From: Candidatus Eiseniibacteriota bacterium
GTDB taxonomy: Bacteria; Orphanbacterota; Orphanbacteria; Orphanbacterales; Orphanbacteraceae
Direction: 5' to 3'
NCBI GenBank assembly: GCA_043809585.1
Contig: JBDROZ010000084.1
Location: 60,743 to 80,742 of the forward strand
DNA length: 20,000 bases
Shown piece by piece: positions 8,764 to 17,035 of this stretch. The notes beneath the pieces were generated by a model. The model worked only from the letters and a program-made list of their open reading frames with translations, had not been told where the DNA came from and ran no database searches. Numbering within the stretch: position 1 is the first letter of the stretch; every line of letters starts with the position of its first letter. The position numbers and the translations under genes are program-made.

Positions 8764-10023
8764 ATGAGTCCACCCGGTCCCGCGCGTCCCCTCCTCTTCT
8801 GCAATATTCTCGCCCTCGACCGGCGCTGGATCTCGGCGGAGACGACCCCCTACCTCGGTTCCCTGCTCGGGTCGGAGCCCGTAGCCGATCTTCGGGGTTT
8901 TCCGAGCTCCGATACGATCACATCTCTCCTTCTCGGCTGCTGGCCGACGGAGCATGGATACTGGCACGTCCAGCTCAACCTCGACGCCGAGACGACCCGG
9001 GCCCGGCGAATCTTCGACGCCCTCCCCGACGGCTTGAACCGCACCCTCGGCTGCCTCGCCTTCCTCATCGACGATTCCCGGGACCTGGCGGCCGTCCCGA
9101 GCGGCCGGCGGCGGCGGTTCCATCTGAAACGATACAAGCAGAACTTCCGGGGCCGGCGCGTGGAAAACGCCTACCGGATCGGAGAGATGAGTTCCTTTCT
9201 CGCCGCGGCGGAGCATTGCGGACGATCCACGTCGTATTCGATCCCCCGGTACCTCCGCGAAGCCCGGGACTACCTCGGCGAGGCCTGCACGGGCGGGTTC
9301 GACATCGAATGCGTCGAGGTCCGGTTCCTGGACAACGGAACACACTGGTCCCTCGACCGGGAGGACCGGGTGCGGGAACTCTACGGCGAGGCGGACCGCC
9401 TCGTGAAGGACCTGCACGGGCGGTGCCGGGACGAGGGCTACTCCCTACTCCTCATGTCCGGCCATGGCCAGGAGCGGGTGCGCCACCGGATCGACCTCGC
9501 GGCCGCGCTCCGGGGCCTCGGCCTGGGGAAGAACGAGTACACCCACTTCATGGAGCTGCCCATGGCCCGCTTCTGGTTCCATTCGGACCGGGCCCGGGCC
9601 GCCGTGGAGGAGCTTCTCGGGGGGATGGAGCACGTCGAGACGCTGCGCCGGCGCGAGATGGAGAAATACGGATTCACCTTCTCCGACGATCGGCTCGGGG
9701 AACTCTTCGCCTTCGCCGACCCGGGCTACGTCTTCTTCCCCCACGATTTCTACCACCCCCTCGCGAATCTGTTCATGGCCGCCATGAACCCCCTCCACCG
9801 CCGCCGCCTTCTCAGCCCGGTCCTCCGGGGCGTCCACGGCTACCTCCCCGGACACCCGTCGGAGCGGGCGTTTCTCACGCTTCTCGATCACCCCCGGAAG
9901 CTCGATCGGCTCGAGGGGAAAACGACCGACGTCGCCCCCACCATTCTCCGGCTCTCCGAATGCCCCGTGCCCTCCTCCATGACGGGGACCTCCCTCGTCT
10001 CCGAACGGGAGCGGACGGGTTGA
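8764..10023 (+). CDS. Alkaline phosphatase / nucleotide pyrophosphatase-phosphodiesterase superfamily protein (419 aa; start re-called at 8764)
   Basis: GAGGT RBS before ATG 8764. Superfamily-like motifs: SS-x-TITSLLLG-x-x-P-x-EHG, LD-x-x-x-H, D-x-x-V-x-x-L, LLMSGHG, GELF-x-x-ADPG, GVHGY, DVAPTIL. No signal peptide. Confidence 0.75.
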   Translation: MSPPGPARPLLFCNILALDRRWISAETTPYLGSLLGSEPVADLRGFPSSDTITSLLLGCWPTEHGYWHVQLNLDAETTRARRIFDALPDGLNRTLGCLAFLIDDSRDLAAVPSGRRRRFHLKRYKQNFRGRRVENAYRIGEMSSFLAAAEHCGRSTSYSIPRYLREARDYLGEACTGGFDIECVEVRFLDNGTHWSLDREDRVRELYGEADRLVKDLHGRCRDEGYSLLLMSGHGQERVRHRIDLAAALRGLGLGKNEYTHFMELPMARFWFHSDRARAAVEELLGGMEHVETLRRREMEKYGFTFSDDRLGELFAFADPGYVFFPHDFYHPLANLFMAAMNPLHRRRLLSPVLRGVHGYLPGHPSERAFLTLLDHPRKLDRLEGKTTDVAPTILRLSECPVPSSMTGTSLVSERERTG

Positions 10024-11063
10024 ACGGCGGGGCCCTCCCGGCCTCGGGGAGCGGCGAGGTCCGAGAAGGGGGCCGGCGGCGCTCTCTCTCCCGCGCCCTC
10101 AAAGTCCTCGTCTCGGTCGGGATCGTCTGCATCCTCTTCCGCCGCGTGCCCGCCGGCGAAGTGATGGGCGCCCTCCGGCTCGCGAAGGGCGCGCCCATCA
10201 TTCTCGCCTGCGCCGTCTCCCTCTTCACCCAGGTCTTTCTCGCGTGGCGGCTCCGGATGTTGACGACGAAACAGGGGATCCGGCTCGGATTCGGGCGGAT
10301 TCTCGAGGTGAACCTCTCGAGCATGTTCTATGTGCTTTTCGTTCCCGGGGGAACCGTCGGATCCCTGATGGTTCGGGTCTACAAGCTGACCCGGGCGGAG
10401 AAGAAGCTCCCCGAGGCGGTGGCGGCGGTGGTCTTCGACCGCGTGGCGGCGACCGCCGCTCTCTGTCTCGTGGGGGGCGGGTTCTGGCTCATCGACCGTC
10501 CCTCGACGGGCGCCGCGGTGCGGCTCGCCATGACGGGCGTCCTCGCCGTCACGGCGATCCTGATCGCACTCCTCCTCTCCCGGAGAACGGCGAATCTTCT
10601 TCTCGCCCTCGCCCGTCGCGTACCCTTCGCCCCGGTGGCGTCCAGGATGGAGAAGCAGATCCGGGCGGTGGAGCGCTTTCATGACATGGGGCCCCCCGTT
10701 CTCGCCCTGGTGCTCGGGATCTCCGTCCTCACCCAGCTCTTGGGGCTCCTGACGTTCGGGATTCTCGGCCAGTCCCTGGGTCTGACGGTTTCGTGGACGA
10801 CCTTGGGGTGGATCCGGGGCGCGGCGATCGTGGTCGCCATGCTCCCCGTCGGCGTCGCGGGCATCGGCGTCCGGGAGGGCACCATTCTCTTCCTCTTGCA
10901 GGATCAGGGCGTGTCGCCCGAGAGCGCCCTGGCCGTCTCGATTCTCGTCACCTTCGCGACCGTTCTCCTCGTCTCCTTCGTCGGCGGCCTCGTCGAGGGG
11001 GCCCGCTTCTTCTTCGGGGAACAAAAAAAGCGGCCTCGGAACAAGTCCGAGGCCGCTGAGTAG
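10020..11063 (+). CDS. Lysylphosphatidylglycerol synthase TM-domain / UPF0104 flippase-like membrane protein (about 347 aa)
   Basis: TTG start overlaps the upstream TGA (TTGA, translational coupling; start not certain). Motifs LK-x-x-VS, AWRL-x-x-L, F-x-PGG-x-VG, VVFDR, LPVGVAGIGVREG and multiple TM helices are typical of this family. Confidence 0.8.
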   Translation: MNGGALPASGSGEVREGGRRRSLSRALKVLVSVGIVCILFRRVPAGEVMGALRLAKGAPIILACAVSLFTQVFLAWRLRMLTTKQGIRLGFGRILEVNLSSMFYVLFVPGGTVGSLMVRVYKLTRAEKKLPEAVAAVVFDRVAATAALCLVGGGFWLIDRPSTGAAVRLAMTGVLAVTAILIALLLSRRTANLLLALARRVPFAPVASRMEKQIRAVERFHDMGPPVLALVLGISVLTQLLGLLTFGILGQSLGLTVSWTTLGWIRGAAIVVAMLPVGVAGIGVREGTILFLLQDQGVSPESALAVSILVTFATVLLVSFVGGLVEGARFFFGEQKKRPRNKSEAAE

Positions 11064-11081
11064 GCAGGAAGGAAAGGACGC

Positions 11082-11780
11082 CTACCGGAACATACCCTTG
11101 ATCGAGCCCCAGTTGGAACTCTCGGTGCTCGTGGGCCGGCAATCATCGACGGTCAGGTGGCCGTCGACGACGAAGTCGTAACCCAATGGAACGAGCGCCG
11201 TGTTGTCGGTCCAGCCGCCGCCGGTGGTGCCGTAGCAACCCTCGACGCGACCGTAGAGCTCCCCGCCCACCGGGCCGGTGAACTCGAAGTCGGCGCTGTA
11301 GGTGGCGGAGAAGCCGCCCGGGCCGACGAACCCGAGGAGCTCGAAGCCGGCCAGGAAGCCCTCCATGACGAGCGTACCGTCCGTGAACGTCGAGGGCGAC
11401 GTCGCGTTCGGCGGGTTCTCGCCGAAGTCGGCGTTATTCGAAGGATCTTCCCAGATCTCGAACAGCCCGCCGGCGTAGCTCGTCAGGATGATCCCGCCCA
11501 GATCCATGGAGCCGAGAGAGATCAGATCTTTGAAGATGAACGTGTACTCGGTCGTGTTGGGATCCAGATCGAGGAACGGGTCGTAGAAGACGTCGATCTT
11601 GCCGACGACGGTCAACTGCGATCCGGCGGCGCTCATGTGCGTCACCGAATTGTAGTCGGTCTCCCATCCGTAGCTGTCGGGCGCCCAGTCCATGATCAGA
11701 CCTTGGACGGCGAACGCCGGGACAGCGACAAGACTGCAGAGAACCGCCCCCAGGAAGAACGGCCGTAACAAACCTCTCAT
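11082..11780 (-). CDS. Secreted acidic protein with C-terminal WGxIK tail; paralog of 11872..12546 (232 aa)
   Basis: AAAGGAG RBS, Sec signal peptide ending AFA, ends PTSTESSNWGSIKGMFR*. Shares EYTF, G-x-F-x-I(W/Y)EDP, D(F/Y)G-x-x-PPN, P-x-TF-x-DGTL and P-x-GY-x-x-x-VDG with the adjacent gene. Confidence 0.88.
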   Translation of the reverse strand: MRGLLRPFFLGAVLCSLVAVPAFAVQGLIMDWAPDSYGWETDYNSVTHMSAAGSQLTVVGKIDVFYDPFLDLDPNTTEYTFIFKDLISLGSMDLGGIILTSYAGGLFEIWEDPSNNADFGENPPNATSPSTFTDGTLVMEGFLAGFELLGFVGPGGFSATYSADFEFTGPVGGELYGRVEGCYGTTGGGWTDNTALVPLGYDFVVDGHLTVDDCRPTSTESSNWGSIKGMFR

Positions 11781-11871
11781 AGAATAGTCTCCTTTTTTTA
11801 CCCCAAGACGCTATCGAAATCCGCGCCCGTCGGGCCGAGCCCGGGAAGTGCCCCGCCAGACGGACCTTCCG

Positions 11872-12546
11872 TTACTGGAAGAGACTCTTGATGCTGCCCC
11901 AACTGGTGTTCTCCGTCGAAACCGTCTCTTCGACGTAGACGAGACCGTCCACCGCCCAAATGTAACCGCCGGGAATGCCCGCTTCCTGGGTCTCGCCGGC
12001 GAACGTCCAACCCTCGTAGCAGGGGAGATCTCCCCAACCATCACCGCAGTAGAAGGTGATGGTGCCGTTGAGGGAGGCGGTGCTGTTCGAGAGGTTCACG
12101 ATAATGGATAAGGCAGTAAAAGTACCACCCAAGATCAAGGTGCCGTCTTCGAAAGTGGCCGGCGCCTCGAGGTTCGGCGGGTCGACGCCGTAATCCCGGT
12201 GCGTTCCCGCCGCGATCGGATCTTCGTAGATGTGGAACGTGCCATCGCCCGCGTTGTAGTCGTAACGGGCGAAGATGCCGGCGATCGTGTCGGCCGCGGT
12301 GAGCGTTCCGCTGTTCATCACGAACGTGTATTCGTTGTTCAGCGGATCGGTGATGAGCGCATCGGGATTAACGTTGTCCACATCCCCGAGAGCCGTGTAG
12401 ATCTGTCCGGGCGCCGTGAAGTCTCGGGGGATCGGCGCGGTGTAGTCGTAGCCGAAGTAGTCGCACAGAAGCATATCCGGATTCGGAAGCGCCTGCGCGA
12501 ACGACGCAGCCAGGACCAGAATCAGGCAGGACAGTAGCAATTTCAT
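11872..12546 (-). CDS. Secreted acidic protein with C-terminal WGxIK tail (224 aa)
   Basis: AAGGAGG upstream, signal peptide MKLLLSCLILVLAASFAQA, ends TVSTENTSWGSIKSLFQ*. Paralogous motifs as above. Confidence 0.88.
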   Translation of the reverse strand: MKLLLSCLILVLAASFAQALPNPDMLLCDYFGYDYTAPIPRDFTAPGQIYTALGDVDNVNPDALITDPLNNEYTFVMNSGTLTAADTIAGIFARYDYNAGDGTFHIYEDPIAAGTHRDYGVDPPNLEAPATFEDGTLILGGTFTALSIIVNLSNSTASLNGTITFYCGDGWGDLPCYEGWTFAGETQEAGIPGGYIWAVDGLVYVEETVSTENTSWGSIKSLFQ

Positions 12547-12672
12547 CGATTCCCTTCCTCCTTACTCGAACCGCGCCTCCGACCAGGCCCTCCTGATCTT
12601 TACCGCGCCTCGTAACTATCGTAGAATGGGCATCCGAGGATAGGCCCCACAGAGGCTCCTATCCGAGGCTGA

Positions 12673-12701
12673 ATATTAGCACAGACGCCATCGCGTTTCA
12701 A
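12673..12701 (-). promoter_or_regulatory. Sigma70-type promoter of the tandem WGxIK-tail genes
   Basis: Minus strand TTGAAA (12701-12696), 17 bp, TAATAT (12678-12673) with extended TG-n. Confidence 0.7.
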
Positions 12702-12777
12702 GAAACATCTTTCGATCAATCCGATTTCCCGGAAAGAAGACGAAAAAGTGAAGATCGGGCACATCGGCCATTCACCA

Positions 12778-12790
12778 TAAACCATTGATT
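12778..12790 (-). promoter_or_regulatory. IHF-consensus binding site
   Basis: Minus strand AATCAA-TGGT-TTA is an exact match to WATCAANNNNTTR, in an AT-rich intergenic region about 77 bp upstream of the -35 above. Confidence 0.5.
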
Positions 12791-13223
12791 TCATATACGA
12801 TACAGAGGACCCTCCGACTTAGCGACGCTCATCTCGGTTGATTCCCTTGCAACATGTCCGCGGTGTTGATGAATGCCGGCCGGAAACCGTCGGGCACCCA
12901 CCCGGATACTTTCCTTTTATTAACGAGATAACATCTTGTCATATTGTCGGTTATGGGATCGCTACAAATCAACTTTCCGAGATGGCGTCATTCTCTTGAC
13001 ACGTCCCGGCGGGGACCGAGGAAAAGCCCTACAGAATGGTCACTTCCGAAACCGTGCCGATTCTTCCCCCCGGCGAGGCGGGACGGGGGCGGCCGCCCTG
13101 CGATGACCGGCGGGAGGAGGGCCGGATGAACGGTGCCGCGCGGGCATCACGCTCCGAGGAGGGGGGGGACCGGCATTCTCCTCCTCCTTCTCCGCCTTAG
13201 GGATAAGGTCGCTCTTCCCTATT

Positions 13224-13233
13224 TGTATATAAT
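13224..13233 (+). promoter_or_regulatory. Putative -10 element of the S9 peptidase gene
   Basis: Perfect TATAAT at 13228-13233, about 60 bp upstream of AGGAGG RBS and ATG 13295. No clear -35. Confidence 0.5.
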
Positions 13234-13294
13234 GGGTGCGATCCTCGGATTCTCGTGAAACCGGACGACTTTCACTTCCACCAGGAGGGAGCCG

Positions 13295-15430
13295 ATGCGC
13301 CGCTCCGTTTTTCCCCTCTTCGTGACCCTGTCGATTCTCTTCTTCGCCGGATGCGGGGGAAAGGGGGGGGCGCCGAAGGCCCCGGTCCGCACGGTTACCG
13401 ACACGTACTGGGGGGTGGGGGTGAAGGACGACTACCGCTACATGGAGAATCAGGAGGACCCGGCCGTCCGGAAATGGGCCGAAGGACAAGACGAGTACAC
13501 CGCGCGCCGGCTCGAGGAATTTGCCGCGCGGGAGGCCCTCGGAAACCGTGTGCGCGCGCTGCTCGGCGCCGATTCGGAGGACTACCAGAAAGTCGTCACG
13601 GCGGAGGACCGCACCTTCGCCCTAAAGTACCAACCGCCCAAGCAGCAAGCCTCTCTCGTGACGCTCTCCTCCTTCGCCGAGGACCGGGAGGAGAACATCT
13701 TGATCGATCCGAACGAGATCGACCCGACCGGCGGAACGAGAATCGACTTCTTCGAGCCCTCCCCCGACGGCCGGTTCGTGGCGGTCTCCCTTTCCGCGAA
13801 CGGCACGGAGGACGGCACCCTTCACGTGTGGGACGCGGTGACGGGCGAGAAGCTCGCCGAGGAGATCCCCCGCGTGAGCGGCGGCACCGCGGGCGGAAGC
13901 GTGGCGTGGACCGCGGGCGGCGGCGGGCTCTACTACACGCGCTATCCCCATCCGGGCGAGCGCCCCGACGAGGAGCTCCCCTTCTACCAGCAGATCTGGC
14001 ACCACCGAATCGGCGATCCGATCGATAACGACAGGTACGCGCTCGGCGAGACCTTCCCGAAGATCGCGGAAATCGAACTGGTCGCGAACGACGGGGGGAC
14101 GGCGTTCATCGCCAAGGTCAGTCTCGGCGACGGAGGGGAATACGAGTTCTGGCTTCTCGAGGGGGACGGGGCGTGGACGAAGTTCGCCCGCTTCGAGGAC
14201 GGTTGCCAGCGGGCCTCGTTCGGCAAGGACGGTTCGATCTATCTTCTCTGCCGGAAAGACGCGCCGCACAAGAAGCTCCTGGTTATCCCCCCCGGCGGGC
14301 GAAGCGTCGCCCTGGCGCGCACGGCGATCGCCGAGACGGGCGCGGTGCTCACCGGCTTCCGGGTCACGGAGAACCGGATCTACGCCATCGAGATGGTGGG
14401 CGGGCCGTCCCAGGTCCACATCTACGATCTCCGGGGGAACTCGCTCGGTTACGTCGCCCTCGGCGAGATCAGCACGATCTCGTCCGTGACCGGCCTCGTC
14501 GGGGACGATGTGCTCGTCCGGAGCGAGAGCTACACCCGGCCTCCCGGTTGGTACCGGTACGGGCCGGGCATGGACATCCCCGAGCGCACGGACCTCGTCA
14601 CGACCTCGGCGGCCGATTTTTCGGGGTGCGACGTGGTCCGGCGGTTCGCCGTCGCCGACGACGGCGTGAATGTCCCGGTGGACCTCATCAAGAGGAAGGA
14701 GACGCCTCTCGACGGGACCGCGCCGGCGATCCTCTACGGGTACGGGTCGTACGGGATCAGCCAGCGTCCCCGCTTCCGAGATTCGCGCCTCCTCTGGCTC
14801 GAACAGGGGGGCATCCTCGCCGTCGCGAGCATCCGGGGGGGCGGAGAGTACGGTGACGAGTGGCACCGGGCGGCCAACCTCGAAAAGAAGAAGCGGAGCA
14901 TCGACGATTTCGCGGCGTGCGCCCGGTTCCTCGTGGAGTCGGGGATCACGTCGAGGGAGAAGCTCGTCCTCGAAGGGGGGAGCGCGGGGGGAATGCTCGT
15001 CTACGGAACGACGGTCCTCTACCCGGAGGTCGCGGGGGCGGCGGTCTCCTACGTGGGGTTCGGAGACGTCTTGCGTTCCGAGTTCGCGCCGAACGGGGAA
15101 TTCAACATCACCGAGTTCGGGACGGTGAAGGACAGCGTGCAGTTTGCGGGAATGTACGGGTACTCGCCCTACCATCACGTGAGGAAGGGCGTGGAATATC
15201 CGGCGGTGATGAGTCTCACGGGATTGAACGATCCGCGGGTGGAGTCGTGGCATCCGTTCAAGATGACCGCCGCCCTCCAGGCGTCGGGGACGAAGAACCC
15301 GGTGCTTCTCCGGATCGACGAGAAGTCGGGTCACGGAGGCGGCTCACTCGAGCAGCAGGTCGCCCGGACGACGGACGTCTACTCGTTCATCTTCATGATG
15401 ACGGGGACGGAATACCGGGAGGTGGAATAG
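13295..15430 (+). CDS. S9A prolyl oligopeptidase-family serine peptidase, predicted lipoprotein (711 aa)
   Basis: AGGAGG RBS. Lipobox FAGC (Cys20). N-terminal D-x-Y-x-G-x-x-V-x-D-x-YR-x-ME. Beta-propeller SPDG-x-x-VA. Catalytic domain LYGYGSYG, IRGGGEYG-x-x-WH, GGSAGG (Ser), NDPRV (Asp), SGHGG (His). Confidence 0.93.
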   Translation: MRRSVFPLFVTLSILFFAGCGGKGGAPKAPVRTVTDTYWGVGVKDDYRYMENQEDPAVRKWAEGQDEYTARRLEEFAAREALGNRVRALLGADSEDYQKVVTAEDRTFALKYQPPKQQASLVTLSSFAEDREENILIDPNEIDPTGGTRIDFFEPSPDGRFVAVSLSANGTEDGTLHVWDAVTGEKLAEEIPRVSGGTAGGSVAWTAGGGGLYYTRYPHPGERPDEELPFYQQIWHHRIGDPIDNDRYALGETFPKIAEIELVANDGGTAFIAKVSLGDGGEYEFWLLEGDGAWTKFARFEDGCQRASFGKDGSIYLLCRKDAPHKKLLVIPPGGRSVALARTAIAETGAVLTGFRVTENRIYAIEMVGGPSQVHIYDLRGNSLGYVALGEISTISSVTGLVGDDVLVRSESYTRPPGWYRYGPGMDIPERTDLVTTSAADFSGCDVVRRFAVADDGVNVPVDLIKRKETPLDGTAPAILYGYGSYGISQRPRFRDSRLLWLEQGGILAVASIRGGGEYGDEWHRAANLEKKKRSIDDFAACARFLVESGITSREKLVLEGGSAGGMLVYGTTVLYPEVAGAAVSYVGFGDVLRSEFAPNGEFNITEFGTVKDSVQFAGMYGYSPYHHVRKGVEYPAVMSLTGLNDPRVESWHPFKMTAALQASGTKNPVLLRIDEKSGHGGGSLEQQVARTTDVYSFIFMMTGTEYREVE

Positions 15431-15442
15431 CGAGCGGCAGCC

Positions 15443-15609
15443 CTAGTGTTCCGAATTAGAAGTTCGTTGTCGATTTCAGCAGATCATCGCGATTCCTGGC
15501 GAGGTGCGATGACGACGGCGTACCAATAGGTACATCGAGGAAGAGCAACGAAGCCAGGGACCGTGAGGGGCGGCGAAACTGGTGACGAACTTCTAATTCG
15601 GGACACTAG
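15443..15609. mobile_element. MITE-like non-autonomous element, 167 bp, 25-bp terminal inverted repeats bounded by CTAG
   Basis: Left CTAGTGTTCCGAATTAGAAGTTCGT (15443-15467) versus right ACGAACTTCTAATTCGGGACACTAG (15585-15609): 24/25 complementary. Internal nested stems, lower GC than flanks, no transposase. Confidence 0.8.
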
Positions 15610-16622
15610 TTCCTCCACAGCTTCGGCGCGTGGTCCCAGCCGACGGCGTGGGCGGAAACCCTCCAATACCCGAAATCCCCCTTCTCGTTTTTCGGCCGCA
15701 CGTTTTCGATGACGATGCGCACCGTGTGGCGGCCGGGCGTCAAGTGGTCGGTCAGGTCGATCTCGACGGGAAGGACCTCCACTCCCGGGCACCATCCGCT
15801 CCGGCTGTAGTCGGACGACCAGTAGCCGTCGGACCAGCGGGCGGTGTACGGGTTCCGGTCCCGGTACTCCCGGCAGTCGTCCCGCCATGGGTGGAAGCGG
15901 TGGACGACGGCGCCGTCCACGGAGATCACGTTCGCCTTCGACACGAACTCGTCTTCGTCGGTTCCGTCGGTGCAGTGGCCCGTGCTGGTGTACATCAGGA
16001 CCACCCGCTTCATTCCTTCCGGGACGTCGATTTCCGTCTCCACTCCTTCCGGCATTCCTTCGCGATGGAACGAATCGGTGTAGTAGAGGGGCGCCGCCCA
16101 CGCCGCGTTGTCGGAGGCCGTGTCCGGTTCGAACCGGAGGGTGAAGTCGATCCGCCACGCCGGCGACACCCAGGTATCGACGAAGGCGGCGAACTCGCAC
16201 GCCCCCCGGAGAAGGGGGGCGAGACGGGTCACGTCCGCTTCGTGCTCGGTCCGGCCGCCGTAGGATGTCATGAAGCGGAGCACCTCGAGATCGGGACGGC
16301 CGGGGAGGCGAAGGCGGATGTTGCCCGCCCGGTCCCACCGGTCGTGGACCTCCCGCGCCTCCTTCGGGATCGGCTTCACGGTGAGGAGTGCCGTGATCCG
16401 GACCGGCCCTTCCGGCTCGGGGAGGCCGACCGCTCGGATGATGACCCTTCCGTTGTCCCGGGCCCGAAGCGAATCGCCCACGTACTTTTCCGGCGATTCC
16501 GCGCTGAAGTGAATGTTCGCGTCCCGAAAGACCGGAATCTCCCTCCGGCCCGGTTCCTCGGCGAACGCGAACCCGATCGGCAGGGTGAGGCAAAGGACCC
16601 GCAAGACGAAACCGACTCTCAT
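15606..16622 (-). CDS. Secreted peptide-N-glycosidase F-related protein (338 aa)
   Basis: AAGGAG RBS, signal peptide ending AFA. Motifs D-x-WDR-x-G, E-x-x-RF-x-T-x-YGG, DVT-x-x-x-PLL-x-G, TGH...DEF, SRSGWCPG resemble the PNGase F two-domain family. Activity not demonstrable from sequence. Confidence 0.78.
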   Translation of the reverse strand: MRVGFVLRVLCLTLPIGFAFAEEPGRREIPVFRDANIHFSAESPEKYVGDSLRARDNGRVIIRAVGLPEPEGPVRITALLTVKPIPKEAREVHDRWDRAGNIRLRLPGRPDLEVLRFMTSYGGRTEHEADVTRLAPLLRGACEFAAFVDTWVSPAWRIDFTLRFEPDTASDNAAWAAPLYYTDSFHREGMPEGVETEIDVPEGMKRVVLMYTSTGHCTDGTDEDEFVSKANVISVDGAVVHRFHPWRDDCREYRDRNPYTARWSDGYWSSDYSRSGWCPGVEVLPVEIDLTDHLTPGRHTVRIVIENVRPKNEKGDFGYWRVSAHAVGWDHAPKLWRN

Positions 16623-16761
16623 CCCGCTCTCCTTCCACCCGGAGGATCGTGGACGATCCCCTCATTCCCGGAGTAGATCCTGCGGGAAGAGAGTACCCTC
16701 GCGGGAAGGGGACGACCAGAGAATCCTCGAAGGGAGGGAGGGCGCGGGGAGCGCCGGCCCG

Positions 16762-16953
16762 TCACTCCGGCGGGAAGCCCTCCTCCTCGTCCCCGACGCC
16801 CGAAAACCCCCGGACCGCGCTCATCCCCTCGAAGAAGGTGAGCAACTCCGCGACGGAGGTGAACAGGACCTCCTCGCCCGTGCCGACGTGCCGCACCTTC
16901 CCGTGAAACCGCTCGGATGGGTCGGCGAAGAAGCGGATGACAAAGGTGCTCAT
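16762..16953 (-). CDS. Small hypothetical protein (63 aa)
   Basis: GGGGAGG RBS 4 nt before ATG, GC3-rich codons, compact pattern FVIRFF...FHGKVRHVGTGEEVLFTSVAELLTFF (beta strands plus amphipathic helix). Confidence 0.72.
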   Translation of the reverse strand: MSTFVIRFFADPSERFHGKVRHVGTGEEVLFTSVAELLTFFEGMSAVRGFSGVGDEEEGFPPE

Positions 16954-17015
16954 GAGGCCTCCCCTCTCGTCGGGCCGATTCCGTCAACCCGCGTCCATGA
17001 CGATAAAGGGAGGGC

Positions 17016-17035
17016 GTTACGCGGAAGTTACGCGG
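17016..17035. promoter_or_regulatory. Tandem 9-bp direct repeat with 11-bp period (candidate winged-helix regulator site)
   Basis: GTTACGCGG-AA-GTTACGCGG, about 60-80 bp upstream of the 63-aa gene start. Confidence 0.45.

Noticed and set aside
7203-10019. Apparent 1286-aa fusion ORF 7203..11063
   Set aside because: Only the last ~347 codons look like a real membrane protein; the rest overlaps the POT and phosphodiesterase-like genes.
13622-16676. ORFs 13622..15334 (-), 15484..16665 (-) and 15630..16676 (+)
   Set aside because: Shadows of the S9 and PNGase-like genes.
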